The position numbers and the translations under genes are program-made. From Macrostomum lignano (Eukaryota): a DNA stretch of 64,000 nt. The notes beneath the pieces were generated by a model that did no database searches, was not told the DNA's origin, and was given only the letters and a program-made list of their open reading frames with translations. Each line of letters opens with the position of its first letter. Position 1 is the stretch's first letter. The stretch is from NCBI GenBank assembly GCA_002269645.1, contig NIVC01000051.1:620001-684000 (forward strand), written 5' to 3'. Of this stretch, positions 10,637-22,178 are shown piece after piece.

Positions 10637-13030
10637 TCAAATAATACTTCATGTTGATATTTACCTTTATTTATCTACTCTTCATCAAGCGAGCCACTTT
10701 ACCTGATTTAAAAAAAGGGATATATTAATAAAGCAATATCTTTTTACTTATTTAGATGACAGTGACTATTTATCTAGATTCTAGTACTAGATAAATAAAA
10801 ATGAAGTTATTTGTCTGACATAGTACAAAAGCAGATAGGCTTATATAATAAATTAAAAATACTATATAGTCCAGTTTTAGGCTAGAAGCAGAAAATATTT
10901 ATTATTAGCCCTAGATAGTGCTATTTCTTAGATTAGATCACTGTTGGTAAAACCCTTCTAAGGCCAAAGGTAAAATACCAAAAGTTTTGTATAATTTTTA
11001 ATTTTATTATATTTCCTTCTATAAATATTGTTATGTTTTGGTTTCACAGTAAACAGTAGCCAGTAGGCCTAGTCATGGTATATATACTCAAAATAAATAA
11101 TAACATTTGCTGCTATATAACACAAACATCCAAAATAAGGACTTAGAGTTATTAGAATAACACTTGGAGTTTTTACAATAAAAAAGTGGAGTCATCACTA
11201 CAGATTCGAACTTAGTACTGATTGAACTTCAGGAAGACACTAACATCACACTAGTATGCCTTGTTACATTATTCATCTAAGCATCCAGACCGGACAAATA
11301 TTCACTGCCTATTTAGATCAACAAGACAAGATAGCTTCTAATTATAAAGCTACATTGTCAAATTACTTCTTTATGTAAGTCAACTAAAATATAAGGTTAG
11401 GGCCTACAAAGTAGGGCTGTCCCGGCTGTGTTTTTAATAAGGCTTAAGCTGAAAGGCTAGGGCTAGCCTGGAAAGGCTAGGCATACACTACACTACACCT
11501 TAGCCCTTAGGCCTTAGTCCTACATTTATGTCCCCCAAAAAATATGTTAATTTTAAATTTAAGGAAACAAGACTCAGGACCTTCTAGGTTATTGTGCAGT
11601 TATATGACGAACAGTTAGCTTTGTATTTAATAGTTAGGCCTAGCTTTACATTATAAAAAAACGGTCTGAGGAACATCTAAATAAGGGACGTCATTTTGTT
11701 TCTAACGTTTTTCTGTACTTTTCTTGAATCGAAAAATTTAAATGTACGCTTCAAGTTCCTTGTAATATGAATATCAGGATATTTATGTGTTTTTAAGCTG
11801 AATACGTACACTTAGTATTTTTTTTCTGTTTTTTTATAAATTCATGTTTTAGGAAAGATATTACAAATTAAGTTTGTTAGACTATACATGGTAAAATTTT
11901 AAAGAATCTTAGAAAAAGAAATAAGCCAATGCTTTTATTATTATAAGAGGCGACATTTAGGCCTACACGTTTTTTATCTGCCACTGCCTGCCGCACTTTC
12001 GTCTGCTAATCGGGAGCAGAGCCATCTCCGGTGGCGATCTCGTCTACCGTAACAATTTAATCTAACATTGTCATTTTGTCTTTATGAAAAAATTACAGGG
12101 AAAAGCTTGTCAGGCAAATTTTGACAGAAAAATTTCTTGTACACAAATCTTAGTGGGCAATTTGTTTGACAAAAATTCTCACATCACACATTGCTATTCA
12201 TATATGTAAATTATCTATCGGCCTTAATTTTCTGAAATTGATTGCATAGGCCCTACCTACTAGCATACTGACAGAGATTTTTTAGTAGGCCTATATGGAA
12301 ATGTCAACCTATCTAAACTTCCTTGCTTATTCTGTCCTGCCCCTTAGTTGTATTGTATGGTACATTGGTACCCTCTTGCTGTTGCAGTGTTGCCTTAGGG
12401 GGCCTTCCTAGTACTTGTGGTTGTGCTATGCTAGGGTTGATACTGTCATACTGATACTGATAGGCCTACTGATTTTTGCCTACTATATTTTGTTCGCCAC
12501 ATTTTTGTCTACTAATATTTATATTCATAAAGAGTCATTTCATCTGCTAGGCAATTTGGTCACTTTGTCTGCCATAAAACTTTTCAGATTTTCAATTCAG
12601 GCTAGGCCTAAGCTAATGCATACAGTATTGAATTATAGCATTCCAACTTAAAATATAGGCCTAGTGCAATTTTAATGTAGGCCTAGTACAATATTAATTT
12701 GTTATAAATATAATCTATGTTTTTAAAGTTAGAAATCCAGTTGCCAATGGCTAGGCCTATTGCCATTGGCAACTAGCCAAATTCTTAAAGATAGAGATTT
12801 CCAAGGCTCTAGACTATAGCTTATATTTTTCAGAGAGATATTTATTTAAAAGACATTGTTTTTGTTTCCAATTTTATGATATATATTTTGTTATTAAACT
12901 ATAAAGTCTACTTTTTCTATAAGTTTTAATTCTCTATTTTATGTCCTACTTTTTTCTTTAGTAAGTTGCATATTATTATTATTATCATTTATTTCTCTAT
13001 TTATTTAAAAAAATTTTCTTTCAATTTTAT

Positions 13031-13354
13031 TGTTACAGGTGTTATTCCTTTGTCTTTATGAACAATCCCACTATTGCCACCAAGTTGTTCCAGGTGTTCC
13101 CGTATGATACGAAATCCTACCGCTGTAACCAAGTTGTTACAGGCCTTTTGGCTCTCTATAAGAATTTCACTGTTATGCCACCAAAGTTGTACTAGGTGTG
13201 TTTCCTGTGCACTGAGAATCCTACTAAATGCCACCAAATTGTAATAGGGGTGATTCTTTCTTTTTAATAATAATTTCACACTGTCACTAAAAGCCATCAC
13301 AGGGCTAATTTACTAATCTCTTAAGTGTTCTTCTTAGGTTGGTAGCTGCCACCA
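13031..13354 (-). repeat. repeat-spacer array of tRNA-Leu PBS-like motifs with LTR-end-like leaders
   Basis: Six degenerate PBS-like motifs plus a truncated terminal leader. Consensus (minus) ACACCTGTAACA-ACT-TGGTGGCAGCGGT(A/G)GGATT, period ~49-55 bp (65 bp for the first unit), unrelated spacers. Confidence 0.7.
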
Positions 13355-13363
13355 GGATTATCC

Positions 13364-14035
13364 TATTAATAAATTGTGAGTTTATCAATCTTAGAATAAT
13401 CCGAGAAATGTTTCTTAGAATTGATCTGAGTATTTAGTCTGAGTATTATTCTTAGAAAAACTGTTAGCCCTGAAAGATTTTACTCTTCTGATTATTCTGG
13501 TAGCATTCTATTATTCTGGTAGCGTTCTTCTTAATAATGGCCTGAGCGGTATTTTGGCTTACTGGTATATGTATTTCATGTACTTTGCAAGTCCTTGGGC
13601 GTTACCGAGATCAGAGGGTCACAGCCTCCGTTATTCTTACACGTCTTACTTCAGATCTACTTCGCAACTTCTTACTACTCAACACTTTCCTTCTTAGTAG
13701 TATATACAGTACACACCTCCGTCTACTTCACTCTTATTTCTTAAAGGAATGAATACAGAAAACACTTCTTCAATTCTTATTTTCTCAGAACTCTTATTAA
13801 CTGCTATTAACTTGTATTATTGCGAACCGCGATGCGCGAGGTTGCTTCTCCCTCTGCCAAATTTGCCTGTATTTATAGTAAAATTCTAGTAGATTTTAAA
13901 CAAAAATTAGTTCGCGAAAAATATTATACAAAACATAAGTATTAAAACAAAAATGCGTCGTAGTTTTTGGCGTGAATTCAAACTGTAATAAACGATAGCT
14001 AATTTTTAGAAAGAAATCAGGAGGGGCCCTTTACA
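13364..14035 (-). mobile_element. possible LTR or 5' leader of an LTR retrotransposon remnant
   Basis: The minus strand starts TGTAAAG at 14035, has TATAAATA at 13877-13870, and lies directly 5' of the PBS-like array. No partner LTR, TSD or gag/pol was found. Confidence 0.35.
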
Positions 14036-14389
14036 TTATCAAAATGTAACTTTATTTTATAAATGCCAAACCTAAACTTGGCTATTTTTTATATATCAAC
14101 TATGTCTATATATAAACAAATGCATGATTTTAAATTTTTGCCAAGTATATGCCAAGAATATTATTAAAAAAGTTCTATAATTTTCTAATATAAAGGCCAC
14201 TTTTTAGATTGTAGATTAGGTATATAAATACAAGTATACTAATTGTGAAACAGTACGCTACTATATTATTTAATAGGCCCTATGTTATATTACATTGGCA
14301 ATATTTGTATAGGCTTCTAGCATATAAAATTCAAAGTCATCCTTATACTCAAACAAAAATTGTTAGATTTAAAGTTAAAAAAACTAGCA

Positions 14390-15430
14390 ATCTACGCCCC
14401 CCGTTGGGGAGCCAAAGAAATGCAATACACGTTTTTTTAATAAGCTATATGTATCCTTGAAATCTTAAAAAATCTCCTGTCAAACCTTGTAAGCCTTGAC
14501 ATGTCAGTAATTCCCCCCCCCCCACAAGCTTTAACATATCAACTTCCCCCCTTGACATCTCAGCAATGCCCCCAATAAGCCTTGGAAATCTAAAAATATC
14601 TGTCAACCTTCTAACCCTAACCCTAGCCTAACCCTAACCCTAACCCTAACCCTAACCCTAACCCTAACCCTAACCCAACCCTAAAGCATTGAAATTTCAG
14701 TAATTCTCTCTAAGAGTCATTATAGCACTACTACAGCATTATAGCGATTCCCTGCAAGCCTCGACATCGTAGGGATTCCCAAATGAATCTCTTAACTTCG
14801 ACATGAAGCTTCTTTTATTTTTTACATTACGCTTTTTCTATCAGCGATCCCTCCCCTGAGGAGGCATCAAATAATGTAATAAAAAGTTTTCAATAAACTA
14901 CATGTAGCTTCTGACTTTAGCCTTGAAATCTCATTTATACCCCCGTGAGCCTTGACATCTCAGCTATTCCCCCGTAAGCCTTAACATGTCAGCGATGGCC
15001 CCCATAAACCTTGAAATCTAAAAAATCCCCTGTTATTCTGTTAACCTTGAAACCCGATAAAATATAACCCTCAACCCACACCTGACCTAAACCTAACTTT
15101 AACCCAACCTAAAGCCTTGAAATCTCAGCAATTCTTCTCCCCTAAGCCTTGACATTTTAGTGATTCCTTCTTTAAGAATCACAGCACTATAACGATTTCC
15201 ACCAAGCTTTGACATCGTAGCAATTCCCAAATGAATCTTTTAACTTTGACATGACTTTTCTTTTATGTATACGTAGTGCTACTTTTATTTTTACATGACT
15301 CTTCTTCTATCAGCGCCCCCCCCCACCGAGGCGAGCCAACAAAGAATGCAATAAAAAAATTGAGTAAAGTACATGAACTTTGAAGTAGCTTCTGACTTTT
15401 GCTTTGACATCTCAGAAACCCCCCCCCCCG
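14390..15430. repeat. two degenerate tandem copies of a ~450-470-bp unit, one with a (CCCTAA)n tract
   Basis: Shared blocks, e.g. CATCGTAG..ATTCCCAAATGAATCT..TAACTT.GACATGA near 14765 and 15213, and TTCTATCAGCG near 14836 and 15305. Confidence 0.65.
14611..14684. repeat. interstitial telomere-type tract (CCCTAA)~12
   Basis: Directly visible TTAGGG-type hexamers, with two variant units. Confidence 0.95.
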
Positions 15431-15597
15431 TAATCTCAGTTATTATCTGAGAGCCTTTACGTCTCAGTTTTTCTCCCCAGCACAGAATTATAGTTGCATT
15501 TAATTTTTACATGAACCCTTCATGTCTGACAAGACGCTTCTTTTATTGTACCGTGACGCTTCTTAATTTTTTAAATGACACTTTCATTAGTTTTTAA

Positions 15598-16270
15598 ATG
15601 AGGCTTCTATGATTTTTATATGACGCTTCTATGATTGTTTACATGACGCTTCTATGATTTTTACATGACGCTTCTATGATTTTTACATAATGCTTCTATG
15701 ATTTTTACATGACGCTTCTATGATTGTTTACATGGCGCTTCTATTATTTTTTACATGACGCTTCTATTATTTTTTACATGACGCTTCTATGATTTTTTAC
15801 ATGACGCTTCTATGATTGTTTACATGACGCTTCTATGATTGTTTACATGACGCTTCTATGATTGTTTACATGACGCTTCTATGATTTTTTACATGACGCT
15901 TCTATGATTGTTTACATGACGCTTCTATGATTGTTTACATGGTGCTTCTATGATTTTTTACATGACGCTTCTATGATTTTTTACATGACGCTTCTATGAT
16001 TGTTTACATGACGCTTCTATGATTGTTTACATGACGCTTCTATGATTTTTTACATGACGCTTCTATGATTGTTTACATGACGCTTCTATGATTGTTTACA
16101 TGACGCTTCTATGATTTTTTACATGACGCTTCTATGATTTTTTACATGACGCTTCTATGATTGTTTACATGACACTTCTATGATTTTTTACATGACGTTT
16201 CTATGATTTTTTAAATGACGCATCTATGATTTTTATATGACGCTTCTATGATTTTTTACATGATGCTTCT
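15598..16270. repeat. 24-25-bp minisatellite (TTTTTACATGACGCTTCTATGA..)
   Basis: Tandem units are visible. Confidence 0.95.
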
Positions 16271-16589
16271 TTTAAAAAGTCTTTTAGTTTTCCTGACGTT
16301 GAAAAGCTTTAATTAAAAAAATTGTACTCTATGAAAATTCGAACCATCGTCGCTGCATTTAGCAGTTCAGTTTGTTCACCTCTAGGCTAGCTCTCATCGT
16401 TTTGATAACATCAAATTTTGCACTTATATAATTCAACACTTTAAAATCCAAGCATAGAGTAAATCACACGAAGCAGTTATGACATAATCAGTTTCTCAGT
16501 CAGTCAGTATCAGTTAACAATATGGTTACGCAATTTAAATCAAGTCTGGTGCTACGCTTCCACACTGCATTTTCAATTCAAGTCGGAGT

Positions 16590-16879
16590 TACAATTCAGT
16601 TATGATGCAATCTATTTCAGAATCAGAATTCAACCAGTTAGTTTTTTCTCTAGCATTCTTACAATGCATTTCAAGTCGAAAAGTTTGCTTGACCTTTGCA
16701 AAAAAGCATGTTTTTCGAATATTTAATGCCTTTAGCATCGAGAAATTTCTTAGCCACGATGCATGTACAGTCACGGGAAAATTTCTGATCGAACAGTGCA
16801 AGTTCGAACAAAATCGGTCCAGCCATTTTTTCTCTAATCGATCACATAGACACAGACAGACCATTTTTAGTATATAGGA
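16590..16879 (-). mobile_element. non-autonomous Helitron-like fragment (5' end)
   Basis: The minus strand begins A|TCCTATATACTAAAAA-TGGTCTGTCTGTGTC..GGCTGGACCGATTTT..AACTTGCAC, the usual layout of invertebrate non-autonomous Helitron 5' ends. The 3' end was not found. Confidence 0.4.
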
Positions 16880-17096
16880 TGGAATACATTTTTGTTAAAT
16901 AAGATTTGATGCAAGTATTGATCTTGTTGGCTAAGGTGCTATATAGAATATCTATTTAGATATTTGTCTATTAGTTAATTATTTTTACATAGGACATTAT
17001 CTATATAGACTACTGTTTGCTCCAATAAGGGTTCTATTCTAAGTATACACCATGAATACATTTTTTTTGTTTGTACATCATATCCAAATTATGAAA

Positions 17097-17420
17097 TCTC
17101 TACATATAAAAATCAAAACTCTGTGTGTGTGTCTGTGGACAATTTCGTTCGCTATGGACTCCCAAACTGCCAGACTAAATGACACCAAATTTTGCACCCA
17201 CCCTAAACTCACTACGGAGAATGTCTTAGGCTACCTTAAAATTTCCTAAATTTAAGTCTTCCCACCTAAAAGTGCAAAAAACTGCTAAAAACGCGCGATT
17301 TTTTCACTAAATCCTCCATAGCGCCACTCCACTTCTACCGATCCTCTTCAAATTTTACACAATCAATTTTCAACTATCTTGACACAATCGTGTAAAATTT
17401 GGAGTCTCAAAGTTAATCCT
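17097..17420 (+). mobile_element. second non-autonomous Helitron-like fragment (5' end)
   Basis: A|TCTCTACATATAAAAA..TGTGTGTGTGTCTGT..CTATGGACTCCCAAAC..ACCAAATTTTGCAC. The 3' end is unresolved. Confidence 0.4.
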
Positions 17421-18294
17421 GAACGGCGCTGTGTACTTTTAAAGTTTGGCTGTTTTTTTCAGTAAGGCAGCCACCCTAACCCTGGATGGAATTCTTGCAG
17501 AAAAATCACAACGCCTTATGCGATTGCGCAAAAAAATGCAATTTTGCATCAAAAAATCCGGAAAAAATGCGTCACAGAATTTCAGACAAAATGGCTAATT
17601 CTTAATATATGCAAAAGTGCACTTGAGATATTGGATTTTGCAAAAGATAATCCTACTAGCTAAGATCACGAAGAAAAAAAGAATAAAAAGTAAAAACTAA
17701 ATAAGGCATAAAAGTAAAAATTCAAAAAAAATTCTATAAAAAGTAGAAACTTGTAACATTCTCTAACATACATATTTGGATGAAAATTCAAATCACTAAA
17801 TTTTCTTAGAATGCATTTTTCGTTATTGTCTTATTGATTACTTCTATTTGTTTTTACTTGTTTTTACCATTTTGCGACATGCTAGGAACCAAAATAAAAA
17901 ATGCGACCAATAAAAAATATTTTGTGCACCATAAAAAAATCGCATATTTCTGTTTGGCTTAAGAAATACAAGAATTCCATCCTGGACCCTAACCTCCACC
18001 CGCCTGCCTCTCTTTCCCGATCTGGGCCCAGATGTGAAAAGGGGTTTTAAAATGACTAACTTTTGGCTGCCATAAGTTTGCTCCACATGAAGCGATTGAC
18101 TTCAACTTTGACAAAATTCTTCATTGACTCATTCTCTGTCTAAATGTAAAGTTTCAACTATGTAACTTATTCAGAACAGAAACTGTAAGCATGTGAAGTT
18201 TGTCTGCTTTTTCTGTTGTTTGTGCCACTCACTCATTCCCCCAGAGCCAGACGAAGGGTCAGGCGATAGGGCTGAATGTACATGGCAATGTACA

Positions 18295-19079
18295 GGCTCA
18301 TTCCATATAAGATGGACATATTTGGAAAATAGAAAAAAGTCAATATTTTTGCTTGCCATTGCCTAATTAGCCTATTTTTTACCAAATGTTTATATTGTGC
18401 AATATATACAATCTAAGAATAAAGAAATGGTAAAATGTTGGATTAGTATGTTATCAATTGGCAAAAAGTCATTTTTGTAAAAATTTGGACATTTTTCGAA
18501 GCAAAAGACATCATTAAAATTTTGTACCTTTTAAAAACAAATAGAAAGCTTTTGAAGGTTGAAACAAACTATAGATAAGAGTATAGTACTTGCATCATCA
18601 GATAAAAGCATTGGTGACCAAATAATCTATTATATTTTTAATGTATTAATACCTCAAAGTTACTGAATTGACAGAAAAAAATATGTTACGACCATAATGT
18701 TACGACCATAAGGCTGCCTTTTCTTTTGTATCTTTGTTGCCTTTTGAGTTTATATATTCTAATAAAAGAGTATGATTTCTAAAGATGTTCTTAGTCAAAT
18801 TTTAAAAATGTATTGCAAAATATCAAAAATGAAAAATGTTATAAGACTTTTACCTTTTAGTTTCTATATGTCAAAAATCCTGTCGTTACGACCATAAGTG
18901 TCATTTAAGGTTTAATAGCATCTATACTAATGATGATATCTATATGCAACTCTATAAATATATTCTAGACAAAATAATCTTTCATTTAAAATATTGGTTT
19001 AGTATATTCTATTATTAGATTTCATTTTATAAGTAAAAATAACCTGTCATGTTACGACCATGCTTATATGGAATGAGCC
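18295..19079. mobile_element. MITE with perfect 17-bp TIRs and a 4-bp TACA direct repeat
   Basis: TACA|GGCTCATTCCATATAAG (18295-18311) ... CTTATATGGAATGAGCC (19063-19079)|TACA, with four internal GTTACGACCAT motifs. Confidence 0.8.
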
Positions 19080-19562
19080 TACAGTGTTTTGGAATAACTT
19101 TATTTATAGCCTTCTCTGCACCCCTGGGAAGAGGCTACCTTTAGCCATAACAAGTTTAGTGAAAAATTCTAACCACTGCCCTCTGTAGTCTGTATACCAT
19201 AGGGAACTCTGCAGCAGTTTAACAGTGGATGGCAATTGGCAAATCAAAGACAAGTGATCCAGCATGGTCCAGTATAAAGCAGAAAGATTTATGAAAAATA
19301 AAAAGGCAATGCAATGCAATGCATACAACCCTACTAAATTAGTCTCACCATGGAAGTTTGAAGTTTCTCTTAAAGGTACTTTAAAATTTAAATGGCCTCC
19401 TAAGAAATGCGTATTTCCTTGGTTGTTGGACTGATGCAGACTGCAGTGAAGCTGAAGATACACAAATTCCTTTCAGGATCACAAATTGGCAAGAAAGATG
19501 ACATGATCAAAGCATGAGAACAAGAGAGTATAGTACTACGTCCCGCAAACTGGCTTTCCAAG

Positions 19563-20460
19563 CAGGGATGGGCAGACTTTTACCTCAAAGGCCAGGTGAA
19601 GAATCCAACTCATGGATGAAGGACAGATAAGAGACAAGTGGAAAGAAAGAATAGATGATTAGAAGGAGAGGAAAGGCGAGAAGTGATAAGAGAAAAGATA
19701 AGATAATATGAGAGACGGCGAGAGAAAAGAGGAGAGAGGTTAGAGAAGAAGGGAAGAGAGGAGGGAGAAGAGAGAGTGGAGATAAGAGAGCAGAGAGCTG
19801 CAGATGAGAGAAGAGAGGAGAGCAGGGGGGAGAGGTGAAAGGAGCAATGAGAGAGTAAAGGGAAGAGAGAAAAGATAAGGTTGTAGTTGTAGAGATAAGA
19901 GAGGTGTAAACAGAGATGAGAGATGAGAGATGAAGGAGGAGAAAGGAAAGTGGAGAGAGAAGACAAGAGACAAGAGAGGGAGAGAGTACAGAAGAAGGAA
20001 GAGAAGAAAGGAGAAAGAAAAGAGAGGAGTCAAAAGAGAGGAAGGAAAGAGTACAGAGAGAGGTGAGAGAACATATAAGAGAAAAAAGATTACAGATAAG
20101 AGAGGGGAGAGTAGAGAGAATAGAGAAGAGATGAGAGGTAAGAGAGATTATATTACAGATACGAGAGGAGAGAGCAGAGACAAAGGAAGAGAGAAGTAAG
20201 TAAGGAGAGAAGAGAGGAAAACAGGAGGAGAGATATGGAAGAGGAGAGAGCAGAGAGATTGATCTGAGAGATGCGTGTAAGAGAGAGGGAGAGAGGAGGG
20301 AACCTGCAATCTCAGGATCTGACTCGGTAAAAGAGGACTGATACAAGTCAATTTAGTTAGATTTGCCGATATTTCGAGTAGATTTACTCTTCATCAGGGC
20401 AGTAAGGAGAGGTGGGATAGGAGATAAGGAGAGAGCAGAGAGTGAGGGAGAGGGAGAGAA

Positions 20461-20520
<60 letters not shown>

Positions 20521-21053
20521 CAGTGAGAGAGAGAGAGAGAGAGAGAGAGGGAGCAGAGAGAAATGAGAGAAGATAAGAGAGAAAAGATAAAAGAAGAGAA
20601 ACGAGAAACAAGAGAGCAAAGACCAGAAGAGGTGTGAAGGAAGAGACAAGAAGAGGGGAGAGAGGAGAGAGGAAAGAGAGGAGAGATGAGAGAGTAGAGG
20701 AGAGAGTTAAGAGAAGAGAGAAAAGAGGGGAGAAGAGGGTAATGTTGAGAGAGGGGAGAAGAGGGTAATGTTGAGAGAGGGGAGAGTGAGGAGTGAGAAG
20801 AGAATAGAGAGAAGAGATAGTAGAGAGCAGAGAGAAATGAAAAGAGATAAAATAGGAGAAAGGAAAGATGAGAGAGAAGAGAGGAGAGGAGAGAGAAAAG
20901 AATAGAAAGGAGAGAGGAGAGGAGAGAGGAAAGAAGCAATGAGAGGAGAGACAAAGACAAGAGAGAAGAAAGAAGAAAAGAAGATAGAAGTTTCAAAGGA
21001 TCCAAGGGATGTAGGGAGAGGCAGAGGTAGAGGCCAGAGTTTGCCAATACATG
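19563..21053 (+). mobile_element. hAT/Charlie-like MITE with ~1.4-kb GA-rich core including (GA)n
   Basis: Imperfect TIR CAGGGATGGGCAGACT / AGTTTGCCAATACATG; the head is similar to 6375; a (GA)n microsatellite lies near 20460-20550. Confidence 0.5.
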
Positions 21054-21919
21054 TTTTAGAGTCAGACAGACATTGCCTGAAATTCTGCACAGCACCCCAG
21101 CTAGCAAGATAAATACCTGCCTCAAATCTTAATTTTACACAAATTTGCTCCATTTTATGTATATCTCTATCCTAACTATTAGCAAGTTTTTGTTCGAGTA
21201 TGACTTCAGGTGGTAGAATACATGCAAAAATAGTTCCGGGGATTGGAATTCCCCGGGTTCAAATTCCGCAGGTTTCAACAGCTTGTTATATATAATATAA
21301 AATCATAGAAAATTACCTTTAGTGTTAACATGGGTTAATGTGTTTTTCTAATGTGTTTTTACAATTGATATCTTTTTTGTTTGGATAATTCCTTAGATAA
21401 TAAATAATTTTACTTAAAATTCAATAAGGCTAAATGCTTCTATTAAAAATTAGGTCTAAGTTAAATAAATCAATATTTATGAAAAATCTGGTTAGTTTTA
21501 AGCTATATGGATTTCTGTTGAAGCCTAAATTTGAATTCACTATCCTAAAAAAAACTAGACTTATTTTTATCATTTAAAGTTTTAAAGGCCCTTGGCTATT
21601 TTGCAATATGAGTAAATTTATGCTACCACTTAATGATAATTCCAATCCCAAATCCAACCTGGCTTTGCTAGAATTTCCTATTGTGTGACAATCTATAATT
21701 TGGTGCCAAAGTCATTAGTTACAAAGGTTGTTCTACACACATTGGAATATATTTTCTTAAAACCCAAGTTACATTGATATACATGTGCAGTCTCTAAAAT
21801 TACACTGGCCAAGTTTTGTGACCTACCAAAAAAAACAAATTTTGATACATATTTTACAACTTATTACACTAAAGCAATACAGAGTTAAGTGTCTTGCTTA
21901 AGAACACAAATCATTCTAA

Positions 21920-21985
21920 GTGGGTTGAGAATTGAACCCCTGACTTTCCAGTCATGAGTCAGATACTCTAACTACTAATCTAAAA
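21920..21985 (-). mobile_element. tRNA-derived SINE head fragment
   Basis: Minus strand TAGATTAGTAGTTAGAGTATCTGACTCATGACTGGAAAGTCAGGGGTTCAATTCTC shows A- and B-box-like motifs and resembles the head at 35137-35195. Confidence 0.45.
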
Positions 21986-22178
21986 CTCCTGGCAGTTTAT
22001 TTTGGTTCATTGTTTTCTTTTTAAGGTCACAAATGAAAAAAGAAAAACTTGAAAAATGAACCAATAAAAGTGCATTGAAAGTAATTAAGAAATCATTTAA
22101 TTGCATGCTGACATCAGTCAGTGAGTAAAACAATCTTGCAAGCAATATAAGAAGACTGAAGTCCAACATCAAGCAAGC

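Larger units (their letters stand above)
8845..10704 (-). mobile_element. Penelope-like element (RT plus GIY-YIG), 5'-truncated, with inverted pseudo-LTRs and target-site duplication
   Basis: A 200-bp inverted repeat lies at 8841-9040 and 10476-10675. An 18-bp direct repeat GATTTAAAAAAAGGGATA lies at 8827-8844 and 10705-10722. The internal ORF carries Penelope-type RT and endonuclease motifs. Confidence 0.92.

Noticed and set aside
13001-13300. 99-aa ORF over the PBS array
   Set aside because: No recognisable gag or other motif; consistent with chance.
13031-13354. True CRISPR array
   Set aside because: The context is eukaryotic, there are no cas genes, and the repeats are degenerate and tRNA-complementary. 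Reported as a PBS-like array instead.
13282-14035. Solo LTR TGTAAAG...TAGTGACA
   Set aside because: The flanks (CACAC versus TTATC) give no TSD, and the apparent ACA end is part of a degenerate PBS unit.
19104-19463. 119-aa ORF
   Set aside because: Non-ATG start, no recognisable family, and no splice context established.
19585-21153. Leu/Ser-rich and Arg/Glu-rich ORFs
   Set aside because: Artefacts of the GA/CT low-complexity tract.
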